IMG/VR virus record: IMGVR_UViG_3300035701_000029
Location: 1-62,256 of that record
Source: a virus
Lineage: Duplodnaviria > Caudoviricetes
Reading direction: 5' to 3' (one strand)
DNA: 62,256 nt
The position numbers and the translations under genes were made by a program. Below, in pieces: positions 19,366 to 28,802 of the stretch. The notes beneath the pieces were generated by a model. That model saw only the letters and a list, made by a program, of their open reading frames with translations, made no database searches and was not told the DNA's origin. Numbering within the stretch: position 1 is the stretch's first letter; the number at the start of each line of letters is the position of its first letter.

Positions 19366-20574
19366 TTAGTTTCCCCCTTCGACACCATTTGAAATCAAAA
19401 CTCCATCTAAAACAGGAGATGGTCCTACTAAAGACCTTGGTCCACTGCTGCTAGAAGTATATCTAGCATATAGACTATATTTGCGAGATTCACTGGCACT
19501 TGCAACAAATGGATCAGGACAAGTTGAACCAACACTTGTATGTACTTTTGTATCATTTGTCCCGGCCGCATCATAACGGAAGTTAACGAATTCTGATATT
19601 GTGGTAGCTCCTTGTGCAACGCAATAAGTAGTTCCACCTGTAAGATTTTGCGTAACAGCCGCTGAGCTATCCCAACCAGTTTGACCTATATCAATATCTG
19701 TAATATTCACACATGCCGATAATTGAGCATCTGGGTCACTACCTCCTACAACATACACGGCTGCTTTTATATTCATATTTTCCGCATCGTCAGAAGCGGC
19801 TGCCGCAAAAAATTTAGTTACTTGATCGCCACCTGAAGCGACTATACGCATAGAAGTTAAGGTACCACCATAGTTTGCGTACATATTAGCGCCTACGTCT
19901 GAATTAAGAGACCCGCCTTCTGTAGTATATCCAAAATCAGGGTCAACATAAATTGGGTAAGCAGAAGCATCTAAAAATTCAGATGGTATAGATATAGTAA
20001 AAACTCCATTTGTGGTGTCAATGAACATCTCACACCAAGCTTCTATACCCCTAGCATCCCAAGCTTTTGGGCGATACACATGTGCGAATTTGCCAGCACG
20101 ATACTGTTCATAAGTATTATCGTATTGCATATCGTTAGCGCAAGAGTTATGGTAAAGAGCATATGATCCAACAACTGAATCTGGTCTTCCGTTTATTTCT
20201 CCTGGCTGATACAACCAATCTATCCCCCAGCTATATATGGGGTAGCTAAATACATTGGTTTTAGGCCTAGCGTCAAGCCAAAAGCCCCATTCAGTATAGC
20301 TATCATGGGGAACAACATTATGCTGCTCATTATCTACTGGTTTTAAATCTAATATAAACCCACATTCTTGTCCCCAACCATTCATTTCAAAAACTCTGCC
20401 ATCCCAATTTATCTGTAGGTTTCTGTTAAACAGCCCGATTTTTGGGGGGTCTGCTAAATCAGACCAAGATTGCTTACCAACAAATTGTGTCCTCTGCGTA
20501 TCTAAATTTTGGATAGCAAGAGCCGATCCCAAAAAAATCAAAGAAATTAAGCCAGCATAAAGAAATTTATTCAT
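19366..20574 (-). CDS. Signal-peptide-bearing protein in the structural module (402 aa)
   Basis: MNKFLYAGLISLIFLGSALA looks like a Sec signal. Beta-rich body with 'YPIYVDPDFGYTT' linker. Confidence 0.6.
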   Translation of the reverse strand: MNKFLYAGLISLIFLGSALAIQNLDTQRTQFVGKQSWSDLADPPKIGLFNRNLQINWDGRVFEMNGWGQECGFILDLKPVDNEQHNVVPHDSYTEWGFWLDARPKTNVFSYPIYSWGIDWLYQPGEINGRPDSVVGSYALYHNSCANDMQYDNTYEQYRAGKFAHVYRPKAWDARGIEAWCEMFIDTTNGVFTISIPSEFLDASAYPIYVDPDFGYTTEGGSLNSDVGANMYANYGGTLTSMRIVASGGDQVTKFFAAAASDDAENMNIKAAVYVVGGSDPDAQLSACVNITDIDIGQTGWDSSAAVTQNLTGGTTYCVAQGATTISEFVNFRYDAAGTNDTKVHTSVGSTCPDPFVASASESRKYSLYARYTSSSSGPRSLVGPSPVLDGVLISNGVEGGN

Positions 20575-20581
20575 AGAGTTC

Positions 20582-21253
20582 CTATGGATTAATGTAATGA
20601 TAAATGACCTTAGAGCTATCCAAAACAGCCTGATTATTGTGATGGTAAAAATACTGTGTAGCTACAAACAATGTATCCCCAGTGTTTAAAGAAGCGCTTC
20701 CATTAAAATCTGCAATCCTGTAATATTGAACTGAGTCTTTTGGCGTAACCCCTGACGGTGGGTATAAAACCCTATAGGTGTACTTATCTGCTCCTAAAAA
20801 GTACTGTAAGTCATACAGAGCATCCCACCCGTTACCCCTAACAACTCGATAAGTAAACTCTTTGCTACTGGTATTTGCGTTATATGCCACCCTAATATAG
20901 ACCGCGATTTGTCCAAGACTATCTTCCCCCGTCTTAACAAGACCATCTATGCTGGCTCTAAACTTAATATAATATCGTCCAGACCCAGATTCTCCAAGAG
21001 CATCTACTTGAGCATGATCCGCTCCTCTAGTTCCAGCACTCTTAAGAGAGTCAAATTTTACTCCTCTGTAATATCGGACAACTACAATAGTGTCCATATC
21101 TTTTACTCTAAGTCCAGTGCTATCATGGCAAGAAAGATAGAGCCCAACAGTATCTAATGGGGAGTAAAGCTGACCGAATATGCCTTCAAACTCCGCCTTA
21201 GCGACTTGCGGAATAGCTAGTATCATAAGCACCAAAAACAACCATTTCTTCAT
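20582..21253 (-). CDS. Signal-peptide-bearing hypothetical protein (223 aa)
   Basis: MKKWLFLVLMILAIPQVAKA|EF, with an AxA cleavage site. Confidence 0.6.
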   Translation of the reverse strand: MKKWLFLVLMILAIPQVAKAEFEGIFGQLYSPLDTVGLYLSCHDSTGLRVKDMDTIVVVRYYRGVKFDSLKSAGTRGADHAQVDALGESGSGRYYIKFRASIDGLVKTGEDSLGQIAVYIRVAYNANTSSKEFTYRVVRGNGWDALYDLQYFLGADKYTYRVLYPPSGVTPKDSVQYYRIADFNGSASLNTGDTLFVATQYFYHHNNQAVLDSSKVIYHYINP

Positions 21254-21286
21254 AGGTATCTCCTTGTTTCCTCTATATTTATACGG

Positions 21287-23485
21287 TTAGCTAAGCCCTG
21301 GCTCTGTTAAAGCCTTGATAGTCCCAGCCTTTGCTCTTTCTTTAATAGTGGGCCTTGCTCCACCCTCTCTGCTTGTAATAGTCGGCTTCTTACTTCTGTC
21401 AATAATCCTCCCACGTCCAATTAGTCCTGAAGGTTGAGCAAAGACATAAATTTGCCTAACCATATCTGCCCTATAGGCACCGCTAATATGGAGTTCTTTC
21501 TTAAGATATCCAAACTCAACGCCTCTTATGAAAATTTCTTTATAGAAAGACTGTGGGCTTGAACCAAAAATGTATAGTTGCTTGTAAGCTTGGCCTATTT
21601 CTAGCCCTTGGATATAGACCTGTTTCGACTGACTATCAACCGCCTGCCCAGTAATATATATCTGTTTATAGACTTGGCCAAAAGAACTACCGGGGATAAA
21701 TATCTGCTTATAAGCTTGCCCATAAGAAAGACCTTGTATGTAAACTTCTCTTATGTAGCTATTTAGGTCAGCACCACTTATATAGATTTGTTTGTAGATA
21801 TCTCTTAGGTCCTGCCCGCCTACAAAGATTTCTTTGTATGTAGCCCCAGAAGCAACGCCCCAAACATAAATCTGCCTTAGACAGATGTTCTCAGAAGGGA
21901 TATTCCCCAAGATATACAGTTGCTTGTAAGTTTGAGATATGTCAGCGCCAGAGACATAAATTTGTTTACTGGTGTAATCTAACGATAGACCACCTACAAA
22001 AAGCTGTTTATATTGTGCAGATGTGTCTATGCCCTTAATGTATATCTGTTTGGATAACTCTCTAAAATCATTGCCCTGAACAAATATTTGTTTGTAGATA
22101 GAGGAATAATCTAGCCCTTGTATGAATATTGGTCTAGTAACTGGATTTGCGGATTCATACTGACCAGTGATAACAATTGGCCTATAGGTTGACCCAATCT
22201 CATTAATTAAGATAAAAAGTTGTTTGTAAGCACTGGCAATTTCTAGCCCTGGCACAAATACTGGTCGGTACTGATAGTCTAGCGATAACCCCTGAACAAA
22301 GATTTGTTTGCTATGGGAACCTACAGATAAGCCCTGTACGAAAATTTGTTTATACGCATCAGTAAGCGATACGCCTTGGATAAACAGTTCGCGCTTGTGC
22401 GAAGAAAGATCAGCACCGCCAATATATATTTGCTTACTAATTTCGCTAAAAGACTGACCAGTAATAACTATTTCTTTGTATGTAGCCCCTAGCGAAACAC
22501 CCCAAACATAAAGAGGTCTTACTACTGGGTTTGCAGATTCATACTGACCGGTAATAGAAAGCTGCTTATATGTAGAGGATATATCTTGAGCAGAAAGATA
22601 AATTTGTTTGTAGGTATCAGAGAGAGAATATCCCCAAACATAAATCTGACGGTAACTATCAGAATAGGCTAAGCCATCTATATAAATTTGACGATATGTG
22701 CTAGCCTCTGATACACCACCTATGAAAATCTGCTTGGATAGGCCAGAATATGACTGCCCGCCTATGTAGATTTGCTTATAATTTTGGTCTAAAGAAAGAC
22801 CTTGTACAAATATTTGCTTGTAGGCTTGGTCAACTGCTAATCCCCAAACGTATAGGGGTCTATAAACAGCATTGATGTCTAAACCTTGTATGAAGATTTG
22901 CTTATACTGGGAATCAAAAGACACACCCTGTATAAAAATCTGCTTGTAAGAAGAACCAACTGATTCTCCTCGAATATACAATGGCCTATAAATAGCGTTA
23001 GTATCTAGCCCCTGGATAAAGATTTGTTTATAGATACTCCCAGTATCAAGCCCTTGTATAAAAACTTGTTTTGAATGGTAAGAGACCTGGCTTCCGCCAC
23101 CTACGCCTTCAATATAAAGCTGTCTGACTAGTGTTGCAATTGGGCCACTACTTTGAAATTCGAGGTCTTCTATCTGCCCTAAAAACGCATCGTCTCCATA
23201 AATCCAATAATTATTTACATATAAATGACCCTTAATATAAAGTTCTCTGTATACAGTGCCAGTTACAATATAAGATAGCCCATCAATAAATATCTGCCTA
23301 TAGGTGGATACAGAATCTTGGGCAGAAAGATAGATTTGTTTATAGGTTTGCCCTAGAGAAAAGCCTTGAATAAATATGGGGCGATAATCTTGGCTTACAT
23401 TAACTTCAATTAATAGGACACCACTACCATCTTCTAGCTGGTAGCCGTCAGTAGCGCTTGTCTCTATTAAATAGCGGTCTGCCAT
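21287..23485 (-). CDS. Repeat-rich virion protein with ~14-aa tandem repeats (YKQIFIQGLDxxxx); fibre / beta-solenoid-like
   Basis: 732 aa. Most of the sequence is (Y/S)(K/R)(Q/P/E)(I/L)(F/Y)(I/V)xG units at ~14-residue spacing. Confidence 0.75.
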   Translation of the reverse strand: MADRYLIETSATDGYQLEDGSGVLLIEVNVSQDYRPIFIQGFSLGQTYKQIYLSAQDSVSTYRQIFIDGLSYIVTGTVYRELYIKGHLYVNNYWIYGDDAFLGQIEDLEFQSSGPIATLVRQLYIEGVGGGSQVSYHSKQVFIQGLDTGSIYKQIFIQGLDTNAIYRPLYIRGESVGSSYKQIFIQGVSFDSQYKQIFIQGLDINAVYRPLYVWGLAVDQAYKQIFVQGLSLDQNYKQIYIGGQSYSGLSKQIFIGGVSEASTYRQIYIDGLAYSDSYRQIYVWGYSLSDTYKQIYLSAQDISSTYKQLSITGQYESANPVVRPLYVWGVSLGATYKEIVITGQSFSEISKQIYIGGADLSSHKRELFIQGVSLTDAYKQIFVQGLSVGSHSKQIFVQGLSLDYQYRPVFVPGLEIASAYKQLFILINEIGSTYRPIVITGQYESANPVTRPIFIQGLDYSSIYKQIFVQGNDFRELSKQIYIKGIDTSAQYKQLFVGGLSLDYTSKQIYVSGADISQTYKQLYILGNIPSENICLRQIYVWGVASGATYKEIFVGGQDLRDIYKQIYISGADLNSYIREVYIQGLSYGQAYKQIFIPGSSFGQVYKQIYITGQAVDSQSKQVYIQGLEIGQAYKQLYIFGSSPQSFYKEIFIRGVEFGYLKKELHISGAYRADMVRQIYVFAQPSGLIGRGRIIDRSKKPTITSREGGARPTIKERAKAGTIKALTEPGLS

Positions 23486-23486
23486 T

Positions 23487-24107
23487 TTATGCTATTTTCT
23501 GTATCCATACAGATGTAGGAGTACTTAAAGTTTGAGTACCGGTAGTGGCAACTTCCGACCCATAATATAATTGCAAGTCACCAGAAACAGTAACAACTAA
23601 TAGCCCTCGAATTACTATTAGGCAATCACCATCTGCTACGTCAGTTGCAGATACTCTAATAATATCAACTGTAGTACTAGGGGCTCTTACAGTCCCACCT
23701 GTTTTCATTCTAAACCCAGGTTCTGCTGTTACAGTTCCTAAATAAGAAAAATTACCAGTATTTGCGGAAGAACAGGACATAGTGGCTTCAACATTAAATG
23801 CAGTTTGTGTTCCAGAAAAATTAACACCAAACTTCATACCATTGGTTGAATCGGTTGTTCTGAAAACTACTCTGTATTCAAAATCCCAAGTACCTGTTTC
23901 AAGAGTTTTATCTAACCCTGTAGCTTTAACCATTGTAGTACTAGTAGTATTTAAATTAGAACCTAACTGCCCACGGATAGTCCCTAAAAAAGTTTCTACT
24001 TGACTAAGAGAAGCCTTTTTAGTTGTGCCGGCCTCGTTAACGGCAAATGTTTCAGTACCAGTAATACTAGCATCTGTGCCCAATGCTGAAATTTTTCTGT
24101 CTGCCAT
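23487..24107 (-). CDS. Fibre/whisker-like virion protein, paralogue 3
   Basis: MADRKISAL... start at 24107 (TAATG coupling). Shares 'FGVNFSGT' and 'VTVSGDLQLYY' with its two upstream neighbours. Confidence 0.65.
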   Translation of the reverse strand: MADRKISALGTDASITGTETFAVNEAGTTKKASLSQVETFLGTIRGQLGSNLNTTSTTMVKATGLDKTLETGTWDFEYRVVFRTTDSTNGMKFGVNFSGTQTAFNVEATMSCSSANTGNFSYLGTVTAEPGFRMKTGGTVRAPSTTVDIIRVSATDVADGDCLIVIRGLLVVTVSGDLQLYYGSEVATTGTQTLSTPTSVWIQKIA

Positions 24108-24727
24108 TACGCCACCTTCCAACACAGTAGAGAAGTTGGGGCTTTAACTATTTGGTTTCCAGCCGCGTCTACCTCTGATCCATAATAAAGTTGTAAATCT
24201 CCAGATACAGTAACTACTACAATTCCTTTAATGCAAAATAGAATATCGACGTTAATGGTATCAACTGATGTTGACCCTCCTATAGAAGCAGTGGTACTAG
24301 GAGAACGACCGGCTCCACCTGATCTTAGTCCTGTTGTACCAGAAACTACATCTTGATCTACCGCACCAGTTGAAGCTAGGGTTGTTGCTTCAAATTGAGT
24401 TCCCTCAACTATAAATGTAGTCTGCGTCCCGCTAAAATTTACACCAAAAGACATACCTGTTCCAGCAGTGTCCGACCTGTAAACTATCTTATATTCAAAT
24501 AGCCATGTGCCCGTATCTAGGGTTTGATCTATATTTGTTGCTTTAACTTTCGTGGTGCTAGAAATAGTTGCAGTATCAGACCCAAGGCTTTTTACAATAA
24601 GGCCTAAGTAAGTCTTAAACTGTGTTAATGTGGCTTTTTTACTGGCGCCAGATTCATTAACCGGAAATTCATTAGCTCCTGCTGCTGCACTAACAGCACT
24701 AAGCGCAGATATTTTAGTATCAGCCAT
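24107..24727 (-). CDS. Fibre/whisker-like virion protein, paralogue 2
   Basis: MADTKISAL...; high similarity to both flanking genes. Confidence 0.65.
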   Translation of the reverse strand: MADTKISALSAVSAAAGANEFPVNESGASKKATLTQFKTYLGLIVKSLGSDTATISSTTKVKATNIDQTLDTGTWLFEYKIVYRSDTAGTGMSFGVNFSGTQTTFIVEGTQFEATTLASTGAVDQDVVSGTTGLRSGGAGRSPSTTASIGGSTSVDTINVDILFCIKGIVVVTVSGDLQLYYGSEVDAAGNQIVKAPTSLLCWKVA

Positions 24728-25338
24728 TATGCAACCTTTCTACAAATTAATGAACTAGGAGCTTTAACTATTTGGTTTCCAGCCGCGCCTACCTCAGAAG
24801 AATAATAAAGTTGGAGATCGCCAGAAACAGTTACAACAATAACTCCCTTAATCCAAAACATCATATCTACGTTAATGGTATCAACTGATGTTGACCCTCC
24901 TATAGAAGCAGTGGTACTAGGGGATCTTATAGCGCCTCCAGATTTTAAACCAAAAGTACCATGAAGTTGATCTGCTGCACCAGTTGAAGCAGAAGTGGTG
25001 GCTTCTGTTTGAGTTCCTTCTGCTATAAAAGTAGTTTTGGTTCCACTAAAATTAACCCCGAAGACCATACCGGTAGTAAGAGTGTCCGATCTATAAACTA
25101 TACAATAATCAAACATCCAAGTGCCTGTAGTTAAAGTTTGGTCAAGATTGGTTGCTTTAACTTTCGTAGCACTAGAAATAGTACCAGTATCAGATCCCAA
25201 TGTTTTTCGTACATACCCTAAAAAGGTCTGTATATCGGCTAGAGTTATTTTTTTGCTTATTCCATCGTTAACTGCGGTTTCATGTGTCCCAACCGCTGCG
25301 GCTACCGCAGTAAGTGCCGAAATCTTAGTATCAGCCAT
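24727..25338 (-). CDS. Fibre/whisker-like virion protein, paralogue 1
   Basis: MADTKISAL...; high similarity to the two downstream genes. Confidence 0.65.
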   Translation of the reverse strand: MADTKISALTAVAAAVGTHETAVNDGISKKITLADIQTFLGYVRKTLGSDTGTISSATKVKATNLDQTLTTGTWMFDYCIVYRSDTLTTGMVFGVNFSGTKTTFIAEGTQTEATTSASTGAADQLHGTFGLKSGGAIRSPSTTASIGGSTSVDTINVDMMFWIKGVIVVTVSGDLQLYYSSEVGAAGNQIVKAPSSLICRKVA

Positions 25339-25354
25339 CTTCGCTCCAAAAATT

Positions 25355-25379
25355 AAAAAGGGTAGCCACAGCTACCCCA
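25355..25379 (-). terminator. Intrinsic terminator
   Basis: Minus strand ggggtagc-tgtg-gctaccc followed by TTTTT. Confidence 0.7.
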
Positions 25380-25408
25380 TTAGTTTTAGTCCCTTATCAT
25401 AAGGTATT

Positions 25409-25861
25409 TTATGGCTCACATAAATCACCTAACCCAGTAGGCGCTTCTTCATAGAACTTATCAATATACTCTTCAGTAGAACCGCCAGCCCCACGAATTT
25501 CAATCCAACTAATGGGCTCTATATCCCCTGTTTTGATCCAAAGAGTTGTTCGTATGTCTCTTGTTTTCCATGATAAACCTATGAAGCTAATCGCCAAACC
25601 CTGAAGGGGAAGAAATCTTTCCCTATATTGCACCCAAAATTTTTCTGGCTTTACAGTTGAATTGAAGTTTCCGCGAGTCCCGGTTGATGGGGTATTATAT
25701 CTTACTCCGTTAACCGTAGCGGTAATTGCAGTAATTGTTAAGTTGTTCTTAACACAATGCTTAACAAGTTTTTTAAAGGGGAGTTCTTCGTCCTGCACGA
25801 AGAGGTCTTTTTCGTTGATAGACCTTCCGTCGCTTAAATAAGCGACCCATTCTGTAGACAT
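25409..25861 (-). CDS. Hypothetical protein (likely start MSTEWV at 25861)
   Basis: GGAGGT Shine-Dalgarno upstream of the ATG at 25861. Confidence 0.65.
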   Translation of the reverse strand: MSTEWVAYLSDGRSINEKDLFVQDEELPFKKLVKHCVKNNLTITAITATVNGVRYNTPSTGTRGNFNSTVKPEKFWVQYRERFLPLQGLAISFIGLSWKTRDIRTTLWIKTGDIEPISWIEIRGAGGSTEEYIDKFYEEAPTGLGDLCEP

Positions 25862-25894
25862 GTAACCTCCTGGCCCGTAAACGTGCCATTGAAA

Positions 25895-25921
25895 ATGAAG
25901 GGCTACCATAAGGTAGCCCCA
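25895..25921 (-). terminator. GC hairpin (TGGGG...CCCTTCAT family)
   Basis: Minus strand tggggctaccttatggtagcccttcat. Confidence 0.55.
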
Positions 25922-25946
25922 ACTGTTTGTGCCTTAGGCACATCAA

Positions 25947-26615
25947 TTAGCTGTAAGTAATGTCGATAGCTACTGCTCCACCCTTTTTGCCTGCCGAAAT
26001 TGGATTAGCCGAGAATGCTAAGAACCAATGTGCAGCGCTAGTGTTATTGTAGTTATTCATTGCCCTAGAGCCAGAATTAATTAACAAGTCCATCTTTAGT
26101 GAATCTTTAGTATCTCTCACCCAGGGCTTAGAACTATGCAACTGCTTAATCGCTAAAATAAAGCCTGCGTTAGCTGAATTGCCAGTGACTTGCTGAGAAG
26201 CATTTAGCACACCATACCAAGCTGATGCCTGAGTAAAGGAAACTGGGGCGCCAGTACTAAACATGAATCGAACTCCATAAGAAGGCTTCGGAGTTGCCCA
26301 TTCATTATTGGCAGTTAGACGATTGTAGTATTCTACTCCCGAACCCATTGTAGAAGTACTAACTGCAAACCCAGTAGCAGTAAGATAGCGAACATTGTTT
26401 ACATAGCGTGTGATAGTAGGAGTGGCAGTGCTATAAACTAACGCACTTCTAGTCTGCCAACTACCAACAGTGACAGGTTGCCCTCCCTGAGTGAAAAATC
26501 CCAAGGCTGTATTGGTGGCAGGCCAAGCAGTGGAAATACCAAATCCATTGCCGCCTAGCACCGAATAAGAAGTTCCAGTGGAACTACTTCTCTGAAGATA
26601 TACTTTCCATCCCAT
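25947..26615 (-). CDS. Putative virion structural protein (222 aa, Ser/Thr/Gly-rich)
   Basis: Strong SD, beta-rich composition, located in the head module. Confidence 0.55.
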   Translation of the reverse strand: MGWKVYLQRSSSTGTSYSVLGGNGFGISTAWPATNTALGFFTQGGQPVTVGSWQTRSALVYSTATPTITRYVNNVRYLTATGFAVSTSTMGSGVEYYNRLTANNEWATPKPSYGVRFMFSTGAPVSFTQASAWYGVLNASQQVTGNSANAGFILAIKQLHSSKPWVRDTKDSLKMDLLINSGSRAMNNYNNTSAAHWFLAFSANPISAGKKGGAVAIDITYS

Positions 26616-26636
26616 TTTATGCTACCTCCCTTGGGA

Positions 26637-27185
26637 CTAATCCGTTTCAACAGGGACTAGATTTTCTTCCTGATACTTTTGCTTAAGTTCTTTAGCCCTA
26701 CTGTCAGCATAGCTAGCTAGATGCGCTGGCAAATTATGCTCTACAATGCGCTTTCTTACCCTATCAAGAGTAAAAATGGAGTCCACTGATAAAATATAGT
26801 CTTTAATTTCATCGTTGTCTAAAAGAAGAACCTTATCAATCTGCTTATCGGTTACCGAATTAGGATTGATGATATCTTCCAAATCCTCATTCATAATTTC
26901 AACCACATACCCCATCTTATAAAACTGAGACTGCAAAATTACTTCTCTCTCGCCATCAGAAATATCATCTCTAGTCTCAAGAGGCTTAATGGCCTTAGTC
27001 TCTTTTCCATTCTTAGGAGTCAAAAAATACATAGAATTACTAATGTTTTTGAATCTATACCTAGCTGTTTCTGTAACTAGCTGAAGGGGCTGTGTGTTGC
27101 CTTGATTCTTAGCAACAAACTGAACTTCTTCTCGGACCATTCTTTTACTAGTTTGGTCGTTCTTACTGCCTTTAGGCCGTCCCAT
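26637..27185 (-). CDS. Hypothetical head-module protein (likely start MGRPKGSK)
   Basis: AAGGAG SD before the ATG at 27185; N-terminal GRPKG AT-hook-like motif; directly after the major capsid gene. Confidence 0.6.
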   Translation of the reverse strand: MGRPKGSKNDQTSKRMVREEVQFVAKNQGNTQPLQLVTETARYRFKNISNSMYFLTPKNGKETKAIKPLETRDDISDGEREVILQSQFYKMGYVVEIMNEDLEDIINPNSVTDKQIDKVLLLDNDEIKDYILSVDSIFTLDRVRKRIVEHNLPAHLASYADSRAKELKQKYQEENLVPVETD

Positions 27186-27198
27186 TTTATACTCCTTC

Positions 27199-27221
27199 AT
27201 GAAGGGCGCCTAAGCGCCCCA
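27199..27221 (-). terminator. GC hairpin after the major capsid gene (TGGGG...CCCTTCAT family)
   Basis: Minus strand tggggcgcttaggcgcccttcat. Confidence 0.55.
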
Positions 27222-27228
27222 GTTGTTA

Positions 27229-28143
27229 TTAGTCGATATAGATGCGGAAGTTTCTCTCGGGGAACCACACTGCGCATCCAACCCTGGTCCACATATGAAT
27301 GTGCCAGATCAGAGCATCAATGTCAACTGCGTCCAAAGAATCAAGATTCTGTTGGACAACAAATTTCCCAGAGCCTCCACCCATAACCATAACATCTTGG
27401 TTAGTGATCGTGTTGCGTCCGTTTGCATCAACCCACTGCATGAGCGGAATTAACGGTACACCACGATATACACCGATAGCACCAGTACGTACGACCTGAT
27501 CCTTTACAGAATCAGAAAATACGCCGCTGTCTACGTTAGACACGCTGCCGAAATCCATAATGGCATTCAGCAAATGTCTGCGGGCAACGATAGCCTTAGC
27601 TCCGCCGCCAGCCTGGTCATTACACCAATTAAGAGCAAAATCAAGAGAGGCCTTAGTTAAAACGCCACCCGTATCATTTGCGTAATTGGGGCCTGCGCTG
27701 GTAATAGAACCAACCACAGTTGACCAAGTCTTAGCATTGATAGCTCCCAGAATAGCATCACGTGCCATCCCAGTTTGTTCAGCAATTGTGCCATAACGTC
27801 CAGCGCGAAGCTGGTTCAATTCATACTCCGGATGTGCAGAAAGCATTTCCGTACTCAACGTGAATACTTTCTGGAAGATAGCTGTACGCGGAGCATACGA
27901 ACCAGGCTCATGCCAGTAGACGCGCATCTTCGAAGGAAGCGTCCATTCTACGTTCGTTCCCAGAGGGATAAACTCTTTGTCTAGCAAGAATCCAGAAAGG
28001 TCACGTTGTTCAATGTCATTCTGCAACTTCTCGGTAATCTTCTTAGCCAAAGCCGCACGAAGCTTAGGATCATTGCTGTCAAATGCCTTAGACATTTCTT
28101 CAGCTAGAGCTTTTTGGACTTCAGCACTTGCAAAATTCTCCAT
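27229..28143 (-). CDS. Major capsid protein (HK97-like fold)
   Basis: 304 aa, 'GAIGVYRGVPLI' P-domain-like motif. Lies after protease, scaffold and decoration genes, followed by a hairpin. Confidence 0.8.
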   Translation of the reverse strand: MENFASAEVQKALAEEMSKAFDSNDPKLRAALAKKITEKLQNDIEQRDLSGFLLDKEFIPLGTNVEWTLPSKMRVYWHEPGSYAPRTAIFQKVFTLSTEMLSAHPEYELNQLRAGRYGTIAEQTGMARDAILGAINAKTWSTVVGSITSAGPNYANDTGGVLTKASLDFALNWCNDQAGGGAKAIVARRHLLNAIMDFGSVSNVDSGVFSDSVKDQVVRTGAIGVYRGVPLIPLMQWVDANGRNTITNQDVMVMGGGSGKFVVQQNLDSLDAVDIDALIWHIHMWTRVGCAVWFPERNFRIYID

Positions 28144-28169
28144 AGAACAACCTCCCTATCTTATATTAA

Positions 28170-28793
28170 TTAAAACGATTCGCCAACATACCCAGGAACA
28201 ATCTTGAAGCGAAGCTTCAAAGCCGTTCCATACTTGTTTGCAAATACTCTGCTCCACTGAGCAGCGCTGGCCAAGTAAATTTCGATCATACGAAACTTCT
28301 TAACAGCCGGAGGCGCTCCAGCAGAACCAACCGCAGTAGCGGTCAACATACCACGATGCAAATGCGACCAATTTACATACAATCCAGTATTGGGAAGAAC
28401 ACTGTGCATCATAATGTTCTGAACCTGGTAAAATCCAGCAGACAAACCACGAGACTCAGCAGTAGCAGCCGGAATTGCATAGCCCAAAGAGAAGGAGTTA
28501 CGAGAGAACTTATCAGTCCAGAACTCGCCACCCTCATAATAGACTACGCGGGAACCCTTAGGAAGCTTGTCAACAGCATCGGAGGTATCGCTAAGGTCTT
28601 CCTCCATACGGTATTTCTTAACCGGATAATAACACTTCGCGGACTGTGCCGAATCATAGGGGCAGCTTAAAAGGATGGTTCCTTCTGCGTCTACGCCCTT
28701 GATATAGGTGATATAGCCCTGATATGCAGAGGCATAATCCATCTTGGCTTCGCCTTGGCGAACGTGATCCGGTGCATTAATTACTTCTAACAT
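28170..28793 (-). CDS. Capsid decoration / cement protein (putative)
   Basis: 207 aa between scaffold and MCP; 'YYEGGEFWTDKF' motif. Confidence 0.55.
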   Translation of the reverse strand: MLEVINAPDHVRQGEAKMDYASAYQGYITYIKGVDAEGTILLSCPYDSAQSAKCYYPVKKYRMEEDLSDTSDAVDKLPKGSRVVYYEGGEFWTDKFSRNSFSLGYAIPAATAESRGLSAGFYQVQNIMMHSVLPNTGLYVNWSHLHRGMLTATAVGSAGAPPAVKKFRMIEIYLASAAQWSRVFANKYGTALKLRFKIVPGYVGESF

Positions 28794-28802
28794 TTTATCC
28801 TC

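Noticed and set aside
21287-23485. Possible CRISPR array or DNA-level tandem repeat (42-bp period)
   Set aside because: Repeats are degenerate at synonymous positions and stay in frame; they are protein repeats with no repeat-spacer structure.
24141-24921. Diversity-generating retroelement TR/VR pair
   Set aside because: Both copies lie inside paralogous CDSs, no adenine-specific mismatch pattern was evident, and no reverse transcriptase is in the window.
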